From Pseudomonadota bacterium (GTDB lineage Bacteria; Bdellovibrionota; FAC87; UBA2466): a DNA stretch of 64,000 nt. The translations under genes and the position numbers were made by a program. The DNA is taken from the NCBI GenBank assembly GCA_043767805.1, contig JAYUGC010000087.1, forward strand, positions 1-64,000, in the 5' to 3' direction. Positions 9,990-18,429 of this stretch are shown here, piece by piece. A model generated the notes under the pieces. It saw only the letters and a list, made by a program, of their open reading frames with translations, made no database searches and had not been told where the DNA came from. Numbering within the stretch: the first letter of the stretch is position 1; every line of letters begins with the position of its first letter.

Positions 9990-11227
9990 TCCTTCGGGGT
10001 AATGAGACGCGCGCCTTTTTGAAAGGTGAGGTAGTTCCACGCCCAGTGGAAGAGAACGAGCGCCCGATTGTGAAAGCCGATGAGATAGTAGACGTGCACC
10101 ACGACCCAGATGAGCCAGGCGATCAGTCCCGAAAGATGAGCGCCTCGCACGTCGGCCACCGCTGAGCTTCTTCCGATGGTGGCGAGGTTTCCTTTATCGA
10201 CGTAGCGGAACGGTCTCGGCGCGGGCTTTCCTCGGAGCGCGGCGTTGATGTGCTGAGCGACGTACTTCCCTTCTTGCTTCGCGACGGGTGCGACCCCCGG
10301 AAGCGGTTTGCCGTCCGGGCCCAGGACGAGGGCCGCATCGCCCAAGACATACACGTTTTCGAGTCCCGGGACTTTCAAGTCGGGGCCTACCGCGACGCGC
10401 CCCGCGCGATCGCCCTCGATCCCAAGCCACTTGGCAACGGGAGTCGCGGAGACACCGGCCGCCCAGATTGTCGTGCGCGCGTTCATCCATTCGCCCCCGA
10501 GATCGGTTCCGAGCGAGGTGATGTCTTTGACCGCGGTTTTCTCCCGCACTTCGACGCCAAGACGAACGAGCTTCGCGCGGGCTTTGGCCGCGAGATCTTC
10601 CGGAAAAGTTCCCAAAACACGGGGGCCGGACTCGACGAGCACCACGCGCGCGGAATGCGGCTCGATGTTACGAAAATCTTCTTTGAGCGCTTTGTGAGCG
10701 AGCTCCGCGATGGCCCCGGCCATTTCCACGCCCGTGGGGCCGCCGCCCACGACGACAAAGGTGAGAAACGCTTTTCGAATTTCCGGATCCGTTTCGATCT
10801 CGGCCGCCTCGAAAGCGAGCAGGATGCGGCGGCGGATGTCGATGGCGTCCGGAATGGATTTGAGACCCGGGGCGAGGGCGCGCCATTCTTCCCGGCCGAA
10901 ATAGTGAAATCGGGAGCCGGTGGCGAGGACCAGATAGTCGTAGGGCACTTTGCCGTGATCGGTGAGGACTTCCCGTGCTGTCGGATCGACTCCCGAAACT
11001 TCGGTGAGGCGTACTTCGACGTTGGCGTTTTTTCTGAGCACGCTGCGAATGGGAACCGAAATGTCGGCGGGAGAAAGCCCGGCGGTCGCGACTTGATAGA
11101 GGAGCGGCTGAAATAGGTGATGGTTATGGCGATCGAGAACGAGCAGGCGGGCATCGGCGCTGGCCAAGCGGCGCGCGGTCTCTAACCCTCCAAAACCGGC
11201 TCCTACGATGACGACGGTAGGTTTCAT
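9986..11227 (-). CDS. ndh: Type II NADH dehydrogenase (FAD-dependent)
   Basis: VVIVGAGFGG, HLFQPLLYQVAT, VVVGGGPTGVE; start set at ATG overlapping the photolyase stop (ATGA). Confidence 0.92.
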   Translation of the reverse strand: MKPTVVIVGAGFGGLETARRLASADARLLVLDRHNHHLFQPLLYQVATAGLSPADISVPIRSVLRKNANVEVRLTEVSGVDPTAREVLTDHGKVPYDYLVLATGSRFHYFGREEWRALAPGLKSIPDAIDIRRRILLAFEAAEIETDPEIRKAFLTFVVVGGGPTGVEMAGAIAELAHKALKEDFRNIEPHSARVVLVESGPRVLGTFPEDLAAKARAKLVRLGVEVREKTAVKDITSLGTDLGGEWMNARTTIWAAGVSATPVAKWLGIEGDRAGRVAVGPDLKVPGLENVYVLGDAALVLGPDGKPLPGVAPVAKQEGKYVAQHINAALRGKPAPRPFRYVDKGNLATIGRSSAVADVRGAHLSGLIAWLIWVVVHVYYLIGFHNRALVLFHWAWNYLTFQKGARLITPKD

Positions 11228-12699
11228 CCCCTGGCTCCTTTGTATAGCGCGAGCGCAAGGTCTCGCTGAGTGCCGTGATCGACGATGGGCGCTGGGTACT
11301 TGCCTCGCTCCGCAGGGGACGGCGCGTGAATGCCTTTCCCTATCACGTGAGCGAGCTCCGGAAGGTACTTTCGGATGTAGATGCCTTCGGGATCGAATCT
11401 CTGACTTTGCAAAAGGGGATTGAAGATACGGAAGTAAGGCTGGGGATCGCAGCCCGTGGAGGCCGCCCATTGCCAGCCGCCGTTGTTGGGAGCCAAATCG
11501 CCATCCAGGAGCTGCTCCATGAAGTAGCGCTCGCCCCACTGCCAGCTCACTAGGAGATCCTTCGTCAAAAAAGACGCGACGATCATGCGCACCCGGTTGT
11601 GCATCCAGCCGGTGGTTTTCAATTGGCGCATGCCGGCGTCCACGATGGGAAATCCGGTGAGACCCGCCTTCCACGCCTCGAACCAATCCTTGCGGTTGGG
11701 CCACTGGAGCTGGCCGTACTTCGCCTGAAACGATTCCCGCTCCACGCGGGGATGACGGCCGAGGATGTGATAGTAGAACTCGCGCCAAATGAGCTCGCTC
11801 AGGAATTTCTCGGCGCCGGAGCTCGCCTTCTTCTTATAGGGCTCGAGACCAAGGTGCGCGATGGTTTGAGCTACGGTGAAAGAACCATTCTTGTAGTAAA
11901 TGGACATGCCGGAAGTGCCGCTCAAGGAAGGCACTTCCCGGCCCTCCGAGTAGTCTGCCATCTTCTTTTTGAACTCATTGAGGCGCGCCAGCGCCGCAAG
12001 CGTTCCGGCGGGGGGCATTGGAATCGAGACCTTGGCGCCGTTTGCTTTGCGGTAGCGCTCCAAAAGGTCCTCGGCCTCAATGGGCTTGGAAAGGAGGTCC
12101 TTCCAAGTCAGATCGAACGGCGCCTTTTTCGTCTTTAAACTAGCAAGGCCCTTCTTTTGCCTCTGCACCCGGGCTTGAATCTCCGGCGTACGGAAAAGCT
12201 CTAGCCACCGCTTCGAGTACGGCGTGAACACTTGATAGAAGGAGGAGGTGTCCTCTCCTTTGTAAATTTCGATGGGCTCGATGAGACAGTGATCGGGCTC
12301 GGTGTGGTGAGCGATGCCGCGGTTTTGAAAAAACGCCGCGAGCCTCGCGTCCCGGTCGACCGCGAACGGCTCGTAGTCCCGGTTCCAGGAGACGCACGAA
12401 GGCAATCCGGCTTTGGCCGCGGTGAGCGCTTTCAGCAATTTGTCGTAGGCTTCGTCGGGTCCGACATCGAGAAAGAGTAAATCACTTCCTTGCGCGCGCA
12501 GCTCGTCGCGGAGGACGCGCAACGTCTCCAGGAAAAACTGAAACCGGTTAGCCGAGAAATCCGGGCGGGAAAGAAATTTGGCGTCGAAGCAAAAGAGACC
12601 GACCACGCGTCCGTCGTTTTGCTTCAAGTTCCACTGGAGCGCGGGATTTCCGGCGAGGCGTAGGTCGCGCCGGAACCAATGTATGCCGAAACTCTTCAT
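11224..12699 (-). CDS. phrB: Deoxyribodipyrimidine photolyase
   Basis: WFRRDLRL, ELIWREFY, GWMHNRVRMIVASFL, NNGGWQW, PYFRIFNP. Confidence 0.95.
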   Translation of the reverse strand: MKSFGIHWFRRDLRLAGNPALQWNLKQNDGRVVGLFCFDAKFLSRPDFSANRFQFFLETLRVLRDELRAQGSDLLFLDVGPDEAYDKLLKALTAAKAGLPSCVSWNRDYEPFAVDRDARLAAFFQNRGIAHHTEPDHCLIEPIEIYKGEDTSSFYQVFTPYSKRWLELFRTPEIQARVQRQKKGLASLKTKKAPFDLTWKDLLSKPIEAEDLLERYRKANGAKVSIPMPPAGTLAALARLNEFKKKMADYSEGREVPSLSGTSGMSIYYKNGSFTVAQTIAHLGLEPYKKKASSGAEKFLSELIWREFYYHILGRHPRVERESFQAKYGQLQWPNRKDWFEAWKAGLTGFPIVDAGMRQLKTTGWMHNRVRMIVASFLTKDLLVSWQWGERYFMEQLLDGDLAPNNGGWQWAASTGCDPQPYFRIFNPLLQSQRFDPEGIYIRKYLPELAHVIGKGIHAPSPAERGKYPAPIVDHGTQRDLALALYKGARG

Positions 12700-12784
12700 C
12701 GGGTCGCATCCTAGCGGCGCGGGCGGGGGCTGTCAGCCGAAAGGAAGCTTGAGCGTCACCGCTAGTTGGGGCAGAGTGGGCGCC

Positions 12785-13102
12785 GTGACCCAAAGCTATA
12801 TTTTTCTCGCGCTCGCCATTCTCTTCGAGGTGTCCGGCACCACCTGCATGAAGTTGTCGGAGGGGTTTAAGAACCTCGTTCCCTCCGTGCTCATCGTGAT
12901 TTTTTATACCCTCTGCTTTTCGTTTCTTACTCTCGCCTTAAAGCGGCTCGACATCAGCGTCGCTTACGCCATCTGGGCGGGGGTGGGCATGGCGCTCATT
13001 ACGCTCATCGGCATCTTCTGGTTCGAAGAGCCGTCCACCTGGCTCAAGTTCGCTTCCATCGGACTCATCATTTTGGGCGTCGCGGGCTTAAAGCTCACTT
13101 AA
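12785..13102 (+). CDS. SMR family small multidrug efflux transporter
   Basis: Membrane Glu in AILFEVSGT, MKLSEGF, AYAIWAGVG; 105 aa, 4 TM; GTG start. Confidence 0.9.
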   Translation: MTQSYIFLALAILFEVSGTTCMKLSEGFKNLVPSVLIVIFYTLCFSFLTLALKRLDISVAYAIWAGVGMALITLIGIFWFEEPSTWLKFASIGLIILGVAGLKLT

Positions 13103-13112
13103 GTTTGCGCTG

Positions 13113-14201
13113 GTGTCCTTAACCAAGACTCGGTACACCCAAAGGGTGGATCCCAAAGGTCGGGGCACGCCCGATAACCCCAAGAACCGATTTGAAAGTT
13201 TCGAGTACGAGGCCGGGGACTATGGTCAGGATCCCGACGAAGCCCCCGCGGCGCTGACTCACTTTTTGAGAGACGCCTCGAAATCCATCCTCACCCGCAA
13301 CGATAGCCCCGACGTGGGTTTTTCAGTCAGTATCAATCCTTACCGGGGCTGCGAGCACGGCTGCTCTTATTGTTACGCGCGGCCCACTCACGAGTATCTG
13401 GGATTTTCGGCGGGTCTCGATTTTGAAACTCGGATTCTGGTGAAAGATCGCGCGCCGGAGCTGCTCCGCGCCGAGCTGCGCTCAAAGAGCTGGGTACCGG
13501 AAGTCATCGGCATCAGCGGGGTGACCGACGCGTATCAGCCGGCGGAGCGCCGGTTCGAAGTCACCCGAAAATGCCTCGAAGTGCTCGCGGAGTTTCGTAA
13601 TCCCGTCGCCATCATCACCAAGAACGCTTTGGTCACCCGCGACATCGATGTGCTTTCGGAGCCTGCTTCCCATAAGGCCGCGCTGGTTTTTCTCTCGGTG
13701 ACGACATTGGACACCGAGCTGTGTGGGAAGCTAGAGCCTAGAGCGAGTCGGCCTTCCGCCCGGCTGGAAGCGATACGTCAGTTGTCGGAAGCGGGCATTC
13801 CGGTCGGCGTGAATATCGCCCCCGTCATTCCCGGGCTTACCGACGAGGAAATCGCGCCGATTTTGCAAGCGGCGTTCGCCGTGGGGGCGAGGTACGCAGG
13901 CTGCACGCCCTTACGCCTTCCGCTGGGAGTCGCCGATCTTTTCACGCAGTGGCTCGAGCGCCACTTTCCGGAGCGCGCCGCGAAAGTCCTGAACCGCGTG
14001 AAAGACATGCGGGGCGGTAAATTGAACGATCCCAACTACGGTTCGCGCATGCGCGGCGAGGGGGTCTTCGCCCAGACGATTCAGGCGCAGTTCAAGCTGT
14101 TTAAGCGTAGAGCCGGTTACCTTTCGGGGCCCGTGCTTTCCGCGGATGCCTTCCGCGTACCGCTGGGCTCCGGAGATCAGCTCGCGCTCTTTCCCGAATA
14201 A
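13113..14201 (+). CDS. PA0069-family radical SAM protein (spore photoproduct lyase-like)
   Basis: SINPYRGCEHGCSYCYARPTHEY, GLDFET, TDAYQP, C-terminal QLALF; start uncertain. Confidence 0.9.
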   Translation: MSLTKTRYTQRVDPKGRGTPDNPKNRFESFEYEAGDYGQDPDEAPAALTHFLRDASKSILTRNDSPDVGFSVSINPYRGCEHGCSYCYARPTHEYLGFSAGLDFETRILVKDRAPELLRAELRSKSWVPEVIGISGVTDAYQPAERRFEVTRKCLEVLAEFRNPVAIITKNALVTRDIDVLSEPASHKAALVFLSVTTLDTELCGKLEPRASRPSARLEAIRQLSEAGIPVGVNIAPVIPGLTDEEIAPILQAAFAVGARYAGCTPLRLPLGVADLFTQWLERHFPERAAKVLNRVKDMRGGKLNDPNYGSRMRGEGVFAQTIQAQFKLFKRRAGYLSGPVLSADAFRVPLGSGDQLALFPE

Positions 14202-14260
14202 GCGTTAACAAAACCTGTGTCATCAAAGAAGCCCACAGCATTTTCAAATAGTCTCTCGCC

Positions 14261-14605
14261 TCATTTTTCGGCGGCATTCTCCGTGAGATCCATGCGGAGC
14301 GTGCCGCCGTCCGAGAGATAGACCCGGCCTTGTGGAGTCGTCTCAAACTCGAGGCTCGCGAGCTTTACTGCTGGGTGTAAGCAGTAAAGGATCAGCCCGT
14401 CGGACGAAAGCGATACGAGCTTGCTGCGCTCGTCTTCTTTGCGGCTGAACTGGCCATCGAGCAAGTTTTGCGTCCAACTGTGGCCGGTCACTCTGGCGAT
14501 AGTCGCATCAAAATCGTCGACCGTACCGATGAAATAACGGGCCCTGTCCGACTCGAAAAGCCGCCGGTGCACTACCAATAGTTTGGAACCGCGCTCTAAG
14601 ATCAT
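14261..14605 (-). CDS. Hypothetical protein
   Basis: ATG with GGAGG RBS; LLVVHRRLFESD..RYFIG segment looks protein-like. Confidence 0.6.
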   Translation of the reverse strand: MILERGSKLLVVHRRLFESDRARYFIGTVDDFDATIARVTGHSWTQNLLDGQFSRKEDERSKLVSLSSDGLILYCLHPAVKLASLEFETTPQGRVYLSDGGTLRMDLTENAAEK

Positions 14606-14710
14606 AAGACCCTCCCTGTTGCGCCCCAGCAATTGCAAGCTCTGCGCCAGCGCTTTCCTGCCTGGCTCAGCGGACCCTCCGAAAATTCTGGTTTCCGGTA
14701 TAATGAAGGC

Positions 14711-16471
14711 TTGCGACAAGTCTGGTTGATTTTAGTCCTGCTCACGTGGGGCAATGTAGGTAGAAGCGGCCCTATAGTGCCGGGCGGCGTGCTGGCCGAA
14801 CTGGACTGTTTTTCCGCCTACAGCTTCATTCGCTCCAACCCGCCGGGCGCTCTGGCTTTGCTCAGAGCCATCTACGGCAAAGCCAATCCGATTCCTTTAT
14901 TAGGCACCGAGAACGCCGACAATCAGCACTTCGTCGATCTCGCCGCGTCTCCCGAAGGCAAAGACATCGTCTGGGTGCACGGGATGCTCAAGCCCATGAA
15001 GCGTCTGAACGACAAGATCTTCAACGACGAGGCGACCGCCGGGAAAGAAGATGTAAATCTCTATCGCAATTTGTTCCGGATTTTTCTAATGGACAATTTG
15101 AATGCCCATCCGGAGTTGCCTAAAGCGCTCGTCGCGAAGTTCACTGACTTCAAGACCGTGGAGCTGGGCTTCGACCTGAGCCGTCTGAAAGAACCAAAAA
15201 ATTTCGAAGCGGAGCTCGATCATGTCGTGCGCATAACGCAGCTGCAATTCTCGAAGGTCATGGAAATCGAAATGACGAGAAATCCCGCGTTGCTAAAAAA
15301 AGTGATGGAGGAGAGAGGTCTGACCAGCGATTTCCGCACCTGGCATCTTTTCGGTATGTCCAAGGGCAATCCCGACTTCGCGGTCTTCGCCGCTCGTCAA
15401 TCGGCCGGCCTTTTCGACCGCGAACACGGCATTGCTCTGAAGGCGCACGTTTTCACGGAAGACTCGGTGCTGAAGCCTCTGCGAGACATCGAAGAGACCA
15501 TCAAGCCGAGGCTTCTCAGGGGACTCGGGGCGGATTCGCCCCTCTTCGACCGCTACGAGGGCGGAGACCACCTCGTTCTCTCGAGAGACGCCATCGATAT
15601 CTTGCGCAAGGTGAGTGCCGCGACCTTCGAGGAGTACGCGGCTATCGTCCGTAAAGATTTCGAGGCGCGTTTCAACCGGACTTTGGGTGATCCGCAGATT
15701 CTCGATCTGCGCGACTACTTCGCTTTGGCCGATGATTTCCAGCCGACCGTGAGACTTGTGGAGCGGACTCAAATCGATTTGAAGAATGCGACCGACGGTT
15801 TGCTCAATGTGGATTTCGCGGCGCAAAACGTCGAGAACATGCACCACACCATGGGCGCCCTGGCTCAAGCCGGCGCGCATTTGAGAGCGAACAAGCCGGG
15901 CGCGGGGACGCTCGCCATCGAAAGAGCGCGGGAAGGGGAGAAGCTTGCGACTATTCGCCTCATGGAGCTTCAAGAAACTTTCGATGCCGCTCGCCAGGAA
16001 GCCGGCATCAGTGGCGAGTATCAACATAGTGGAGACGATGGCTCGGTCCTCGTGCGCGGTTCGCCCACGCCCGAGCAGCGAGAAAAATTCTATCGCGCTC
16101 TCCTGAGAGGGCGAACCGATAAGCCTTACCGGAGGGGCGTGCCTCCGGCTTCCGATTACCGCGTCGTCTTCTTGCCTCCCTTGAAGGGTAAGGACGGAGT
16201 GGACACCGTCGCTTTGAACCTCGAATCGGTGAAGGGCGAGAATTTCGAGAAAGCTTTGCGCGGCTCGCTCTATGGCAAAGTCGCCCTCACCGATCTCAAG
16301 CAGGTCGGTATCTCGGTGGACATGGACCCTGCGACGAAGACCTACCGCCTCGTTTTCTTCGGCCCCAAGGCAGCCGTGGAGGCTGTCCAGAAGGAGGCCC
16401 AGACCGTCATGAGCGCGAAGGGCCTGGCCCCCGACGGCTATCGCCTCACCGCCACCCAGGCTATCTGGTGA
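14711..16471 (+). CDS. Secreted hypothetical protein with possible degenerate GGDEF/palm-like motifs
   Basis: TTG start 6 nt after TATAAT (14699-14704); signal-like N-terminus; MKRLND, NVDF and SGDD motifs. Confidence 0.6.
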   Translation: MRQVWLILVLLTWGNVGRSGPIVPGGVLAELDCFSAYSFIRSNPPGALALLRAIYGKANPIPLLGTENADNQHFVDLAASPEGKDIVWVHGMLKPMKRLNDKIFNDEATAGKEDVNLYRNLFRIFLMDNLNAHPELPKALVAKFTDFKTVELGFDLSRLKEPKNFEAELDHVVRITQLQFSKVMEIEMTRNPALLKKVMEERGLTSDFRTWHLFGMSKGNPDFAVFAARQSAGLFDREHGIALKAHVFTEDSVLKPLRDIEETIKPRLLRGLGADSPLFDRYEGGDHLVLSRDAIDILRKVSAATFEEYAAIVRKDFEARFNRTLGDPQILDLRDYFALADDFQPTVRLVERTQIDLKNATDGLLNVDFAAQNVENMHHTMGALAQAGAHLRANKPGAGTLAIERAREGEKLATIRLMELQETFDAARQEAGISGEYQHSGDDGSVLVRGSPTPEQREKFYRALLRGRTDKPYRRGVPPASDYRVVFLPPLKGKDGVDTVALNLESVKGENFEKALRGSLYGKVALTDLKQVGISVDMDPATKTYRLVFFGPKAAVEAVQKEAQTVMSAKGLAPDGYRLTATQAIW

Positions 16472-16487
16472 ATACCATTGGTATTCA
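16469..16487. repeat. Perfect 9-bp inverted repeat
   Basis: TGAATACCA-T-TGGTATTCA, AT-rich, overlapping the stop codon of the upstream gene. Confidence 0.6.
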
Positions 16488-16588
16488 TGTCTACCTGCCT
16501 AAGGCACCCGTCTAGAAGCGAGACAAGCTAGCAAACTCAGATTAAGTCGAAATCCGATTCCTGCAAAAAAGGCAGCCGCTCGTCGTGC

Positions 16589-16663
16589 ATGGGACTGTTG
16601 GCCATCCTGGCGCGGCTCTTCATGAAAGCGCTGGCGCTCGCTTTTGGAATGCTGAAGATTTAG
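16589..16663 (+). CDS. Candidate 24-aa hydrophobic cationic peptide MGLLAILARLFMKALALAFGMLKI
   Basis: ATG..TAG in an otherwise empty intergenic region, followed by a strong terminator; no clear RBS. Confidence 0.3.
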   Translation: MGLLAILARLFMKALALAFGMLKI

Positions 16664-16700
16664 ATCACTCCCGACTAACCCTGTCTCCCCTGCTTAACCC

Positions 16701-16729
16701 GAAAAGCCCCTCTCTGAGAGGGGCTTTTC
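16701..16729. terminator. Bidirectional intrinsic terminator
   Basis: GAAAAGCCCCTCTC-T-GAGAGGGGCTTTTC hairpin between convergent genes. Confidence 0.85.
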
Positions 16730-16733
16730 CATT

Positions 16734-17597
16734 TTAGGAAGGGATCGGCCGAGCCGTGGCGACAATGGCGCGCACGACGACCGACGCACAGATGAAGCCG
16801 AAGGTGCCGGTGACGAAGCTGCTATTGCCCATGATGAGATTGCGGCTGTCGCAGTTGAAAAAGGGATTCTCGCCTTGAGGGCAAACGCAGCGGAAGCCTT
16901 TGCCGTTGTCGTAGTGCAGTTCCCTCGGCTCGGTCGCCGCTTCCGTCGAGTACACGGCCTGGATGCCAAACTCGGAACCCTCACCCGCGGGGAAATCGTA
17001 CTTCTCTCGCAAAATTCCTCTCAAGGCGCGTGCGAGGGGATCGACCGTGGTTTGTCCCAAGTCGGCGACTTTCACTTGAGTCGGATCCATTCGTCCGCCG
17101 GAGCCGGTGGAAGCTATGACCGGAATGCCCTGAGCCTTGCAGTAGGCGAGCAAGTGGCACTTCGCTGTCACGTTGTCGATGGCGTCCACGACCCAGTCAG
17201 GCCGTCGCTCGAAAATCTTGGGGCCGTTGTCGGCGTTGTAAAAAAGCGGAACGGAAGTCGCGATGACTCTGGGATTGATCTGCCGCATGCGCTCGGCCAT
17301 GACGTCTGACTTCTGCTGGCCGACGAGGTTCGAGAGCGCGTGGAGCTGACGGTTCAAATTGGTGACGCAGATCTCGTCGAAGTCGACGAGGGTCACTTCG
17401 CCCACGCCGGAGCGCACGAGGGACTCGGCCGCCCAGGAGCCCACGCCTCCGAGCCCGATGACCATGACGTGAGAGCCCATCAAACGGTTCATGGCGGAGT
17501 CGCCCACCAAGCGCCCCATGCGGTCGAACCGGCGGTGGAGCTTGTAAGTCTCCATCTCCTCGGTGCTCATGGGCTGGACGGGCTTAGTTTCGTTCAT
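16734..17597 (-). CDS. tcdA: tRNA threonylcarbamoyladenosine dehydratase (ThiF family)
   Basis: VIGLGGVGSWAAESLVRSGVG, TNLNRQLHAL, DPLAR, VYSTE, FVTGTFG. Confidence 0.88.
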   Translation of the reverse strand: MNETKPVQPMSTEEMETYKLHRRFDRMGRLVGDSAMNRLMGSHVMVIGLGGVGSWAAESLVRSGVGEVTLVDFDEICVTNLNRQLHALSNLVGQQKSDVMAERMRQINPRVIATSVPLFYNADNGPKIFERRPDWVVDAIDNVTAKCHLLAYCKAQGIPVIASTGSGGRMDPTQVKVADLGQTTVDPLARALRGILREKYDFPAGEGSEFGIQAVYSTEAATEPRELHYDNGKGFRCVCPQGENPFFNCDSRNLIMGNSSFVTGTFGFICASVVVRAIVATARPIPS

Positions 17598-18427
17598 AAG
17601 TGAAATAACCGTTTCAAGTTCGCGGTGCTCTGGTCGAGCACTTCGTTTCTCCCGGTGCCTCTGAGCCGCGCCACCGCTTCGGCTATGCCCAAGAGGTACT
17701 TCGGCTCGTTCAAGCCCCGGCGATCGACTCCCGGTAAATCGGGTGTTTGATCGGGCGCATCGGTTTCGAGAACCAGCCTGTCGAGAGGAAGGGAACCTAC
17801 CGCTTTCTTGAGATTTTGGAAACCCTCTCGGGTGACCGAGCCGCCGAGCGAAATGTGAAACCCGAGGTCCACGTAGGCCCGCATGACTTCCCGCGAGCCT
17901 CCAAAGGAATGCACGAGGCCACCGTGCGAGAACGGATGGTACCGGCTCAGAATTTCCAAGGCCTCGCCATGAGCGCTTACGATATGAAGGATGAGGGGCT
18001 TCGCCACTCGGCGAGCTATTTCGAGCTGAGCTTCGAACGCGCGCGCCTGCCTCCCCGCGGACTCCGGCGGGCAGTGCTTAGGATGGGAATCGAGCCCCAG
18101 CTCGCCCAGGGCTCGAGCTTTGGGAAGGCGGCGCTCCAGAACCTCGAGCCCTTCGTCCAGCTCGGCTCCCGTATGGGACGCGACCCACCAGGGATGGAGC
18201 CCGAACGCCGTCACGATGGAGGGACCGTATTTCGCGGCCAAGGCCTCCTGCCGATCCCAGTCGGCGGGGTCGATGCCGCCCTGAATCCAGCGCCCGATGC
18301 CGGCGGCTTTGGCCTCCTTGAGATAGCGCTCGAGCTCCGGCTCCAAGCGAGGGTCCGCCAGGTGGCAATGGCCATCCACCCAGAGGGGGGCTTGTGGCTT
18401 TGGGGCCGCTACTTTATGTTCAGGCAC
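17594..18427 (-). CDS. tatD: TatD family hydrolase
   Basis: DGHCHL, GLHPW, LGELGLD, LVHSF, LETDAPD; true start may be downstream (GTG 18379). Confidence 0.9.
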   Translation of the reverse strand: MPEHKVAAPKPQAPLWVDGHCHLADPRLEPELERYLKEAKAAGIGRWIQGGIDPADWDRQEALAAKYGPSIVTAFGLHPWWVASHTGAELDEGLEVLERRLPKARALGELGLDSHPKHCPPESAGRQARAFEAQLEIARRVAKPLILHIVSAHGEALEILSRYHPFSHGGLVHSFGGSREVMRAYVDLGFHISLGGSVTREGFQNLKKAVGSLPLDRLVLETDAPDQTPDLPGVDRRGLNEPKYLLGIAEAVARLRGTGRNEVLDQSTANLKRLFHL

Positions 18428-18429
18428 CG

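Noticed and set aside
11228..11788. N-terminal 186-aa extension of the ndh ORF
   Set aside because: Lies inside phrB in another frame; NDH-2 homology starts at MKPTVVIVGAG
12578..12784. N-terminal extension of the SMR ORF
   Set aside because: Overlaps phrB antisense; SMR proteins are about 105 aa, matching the GTG at 12785
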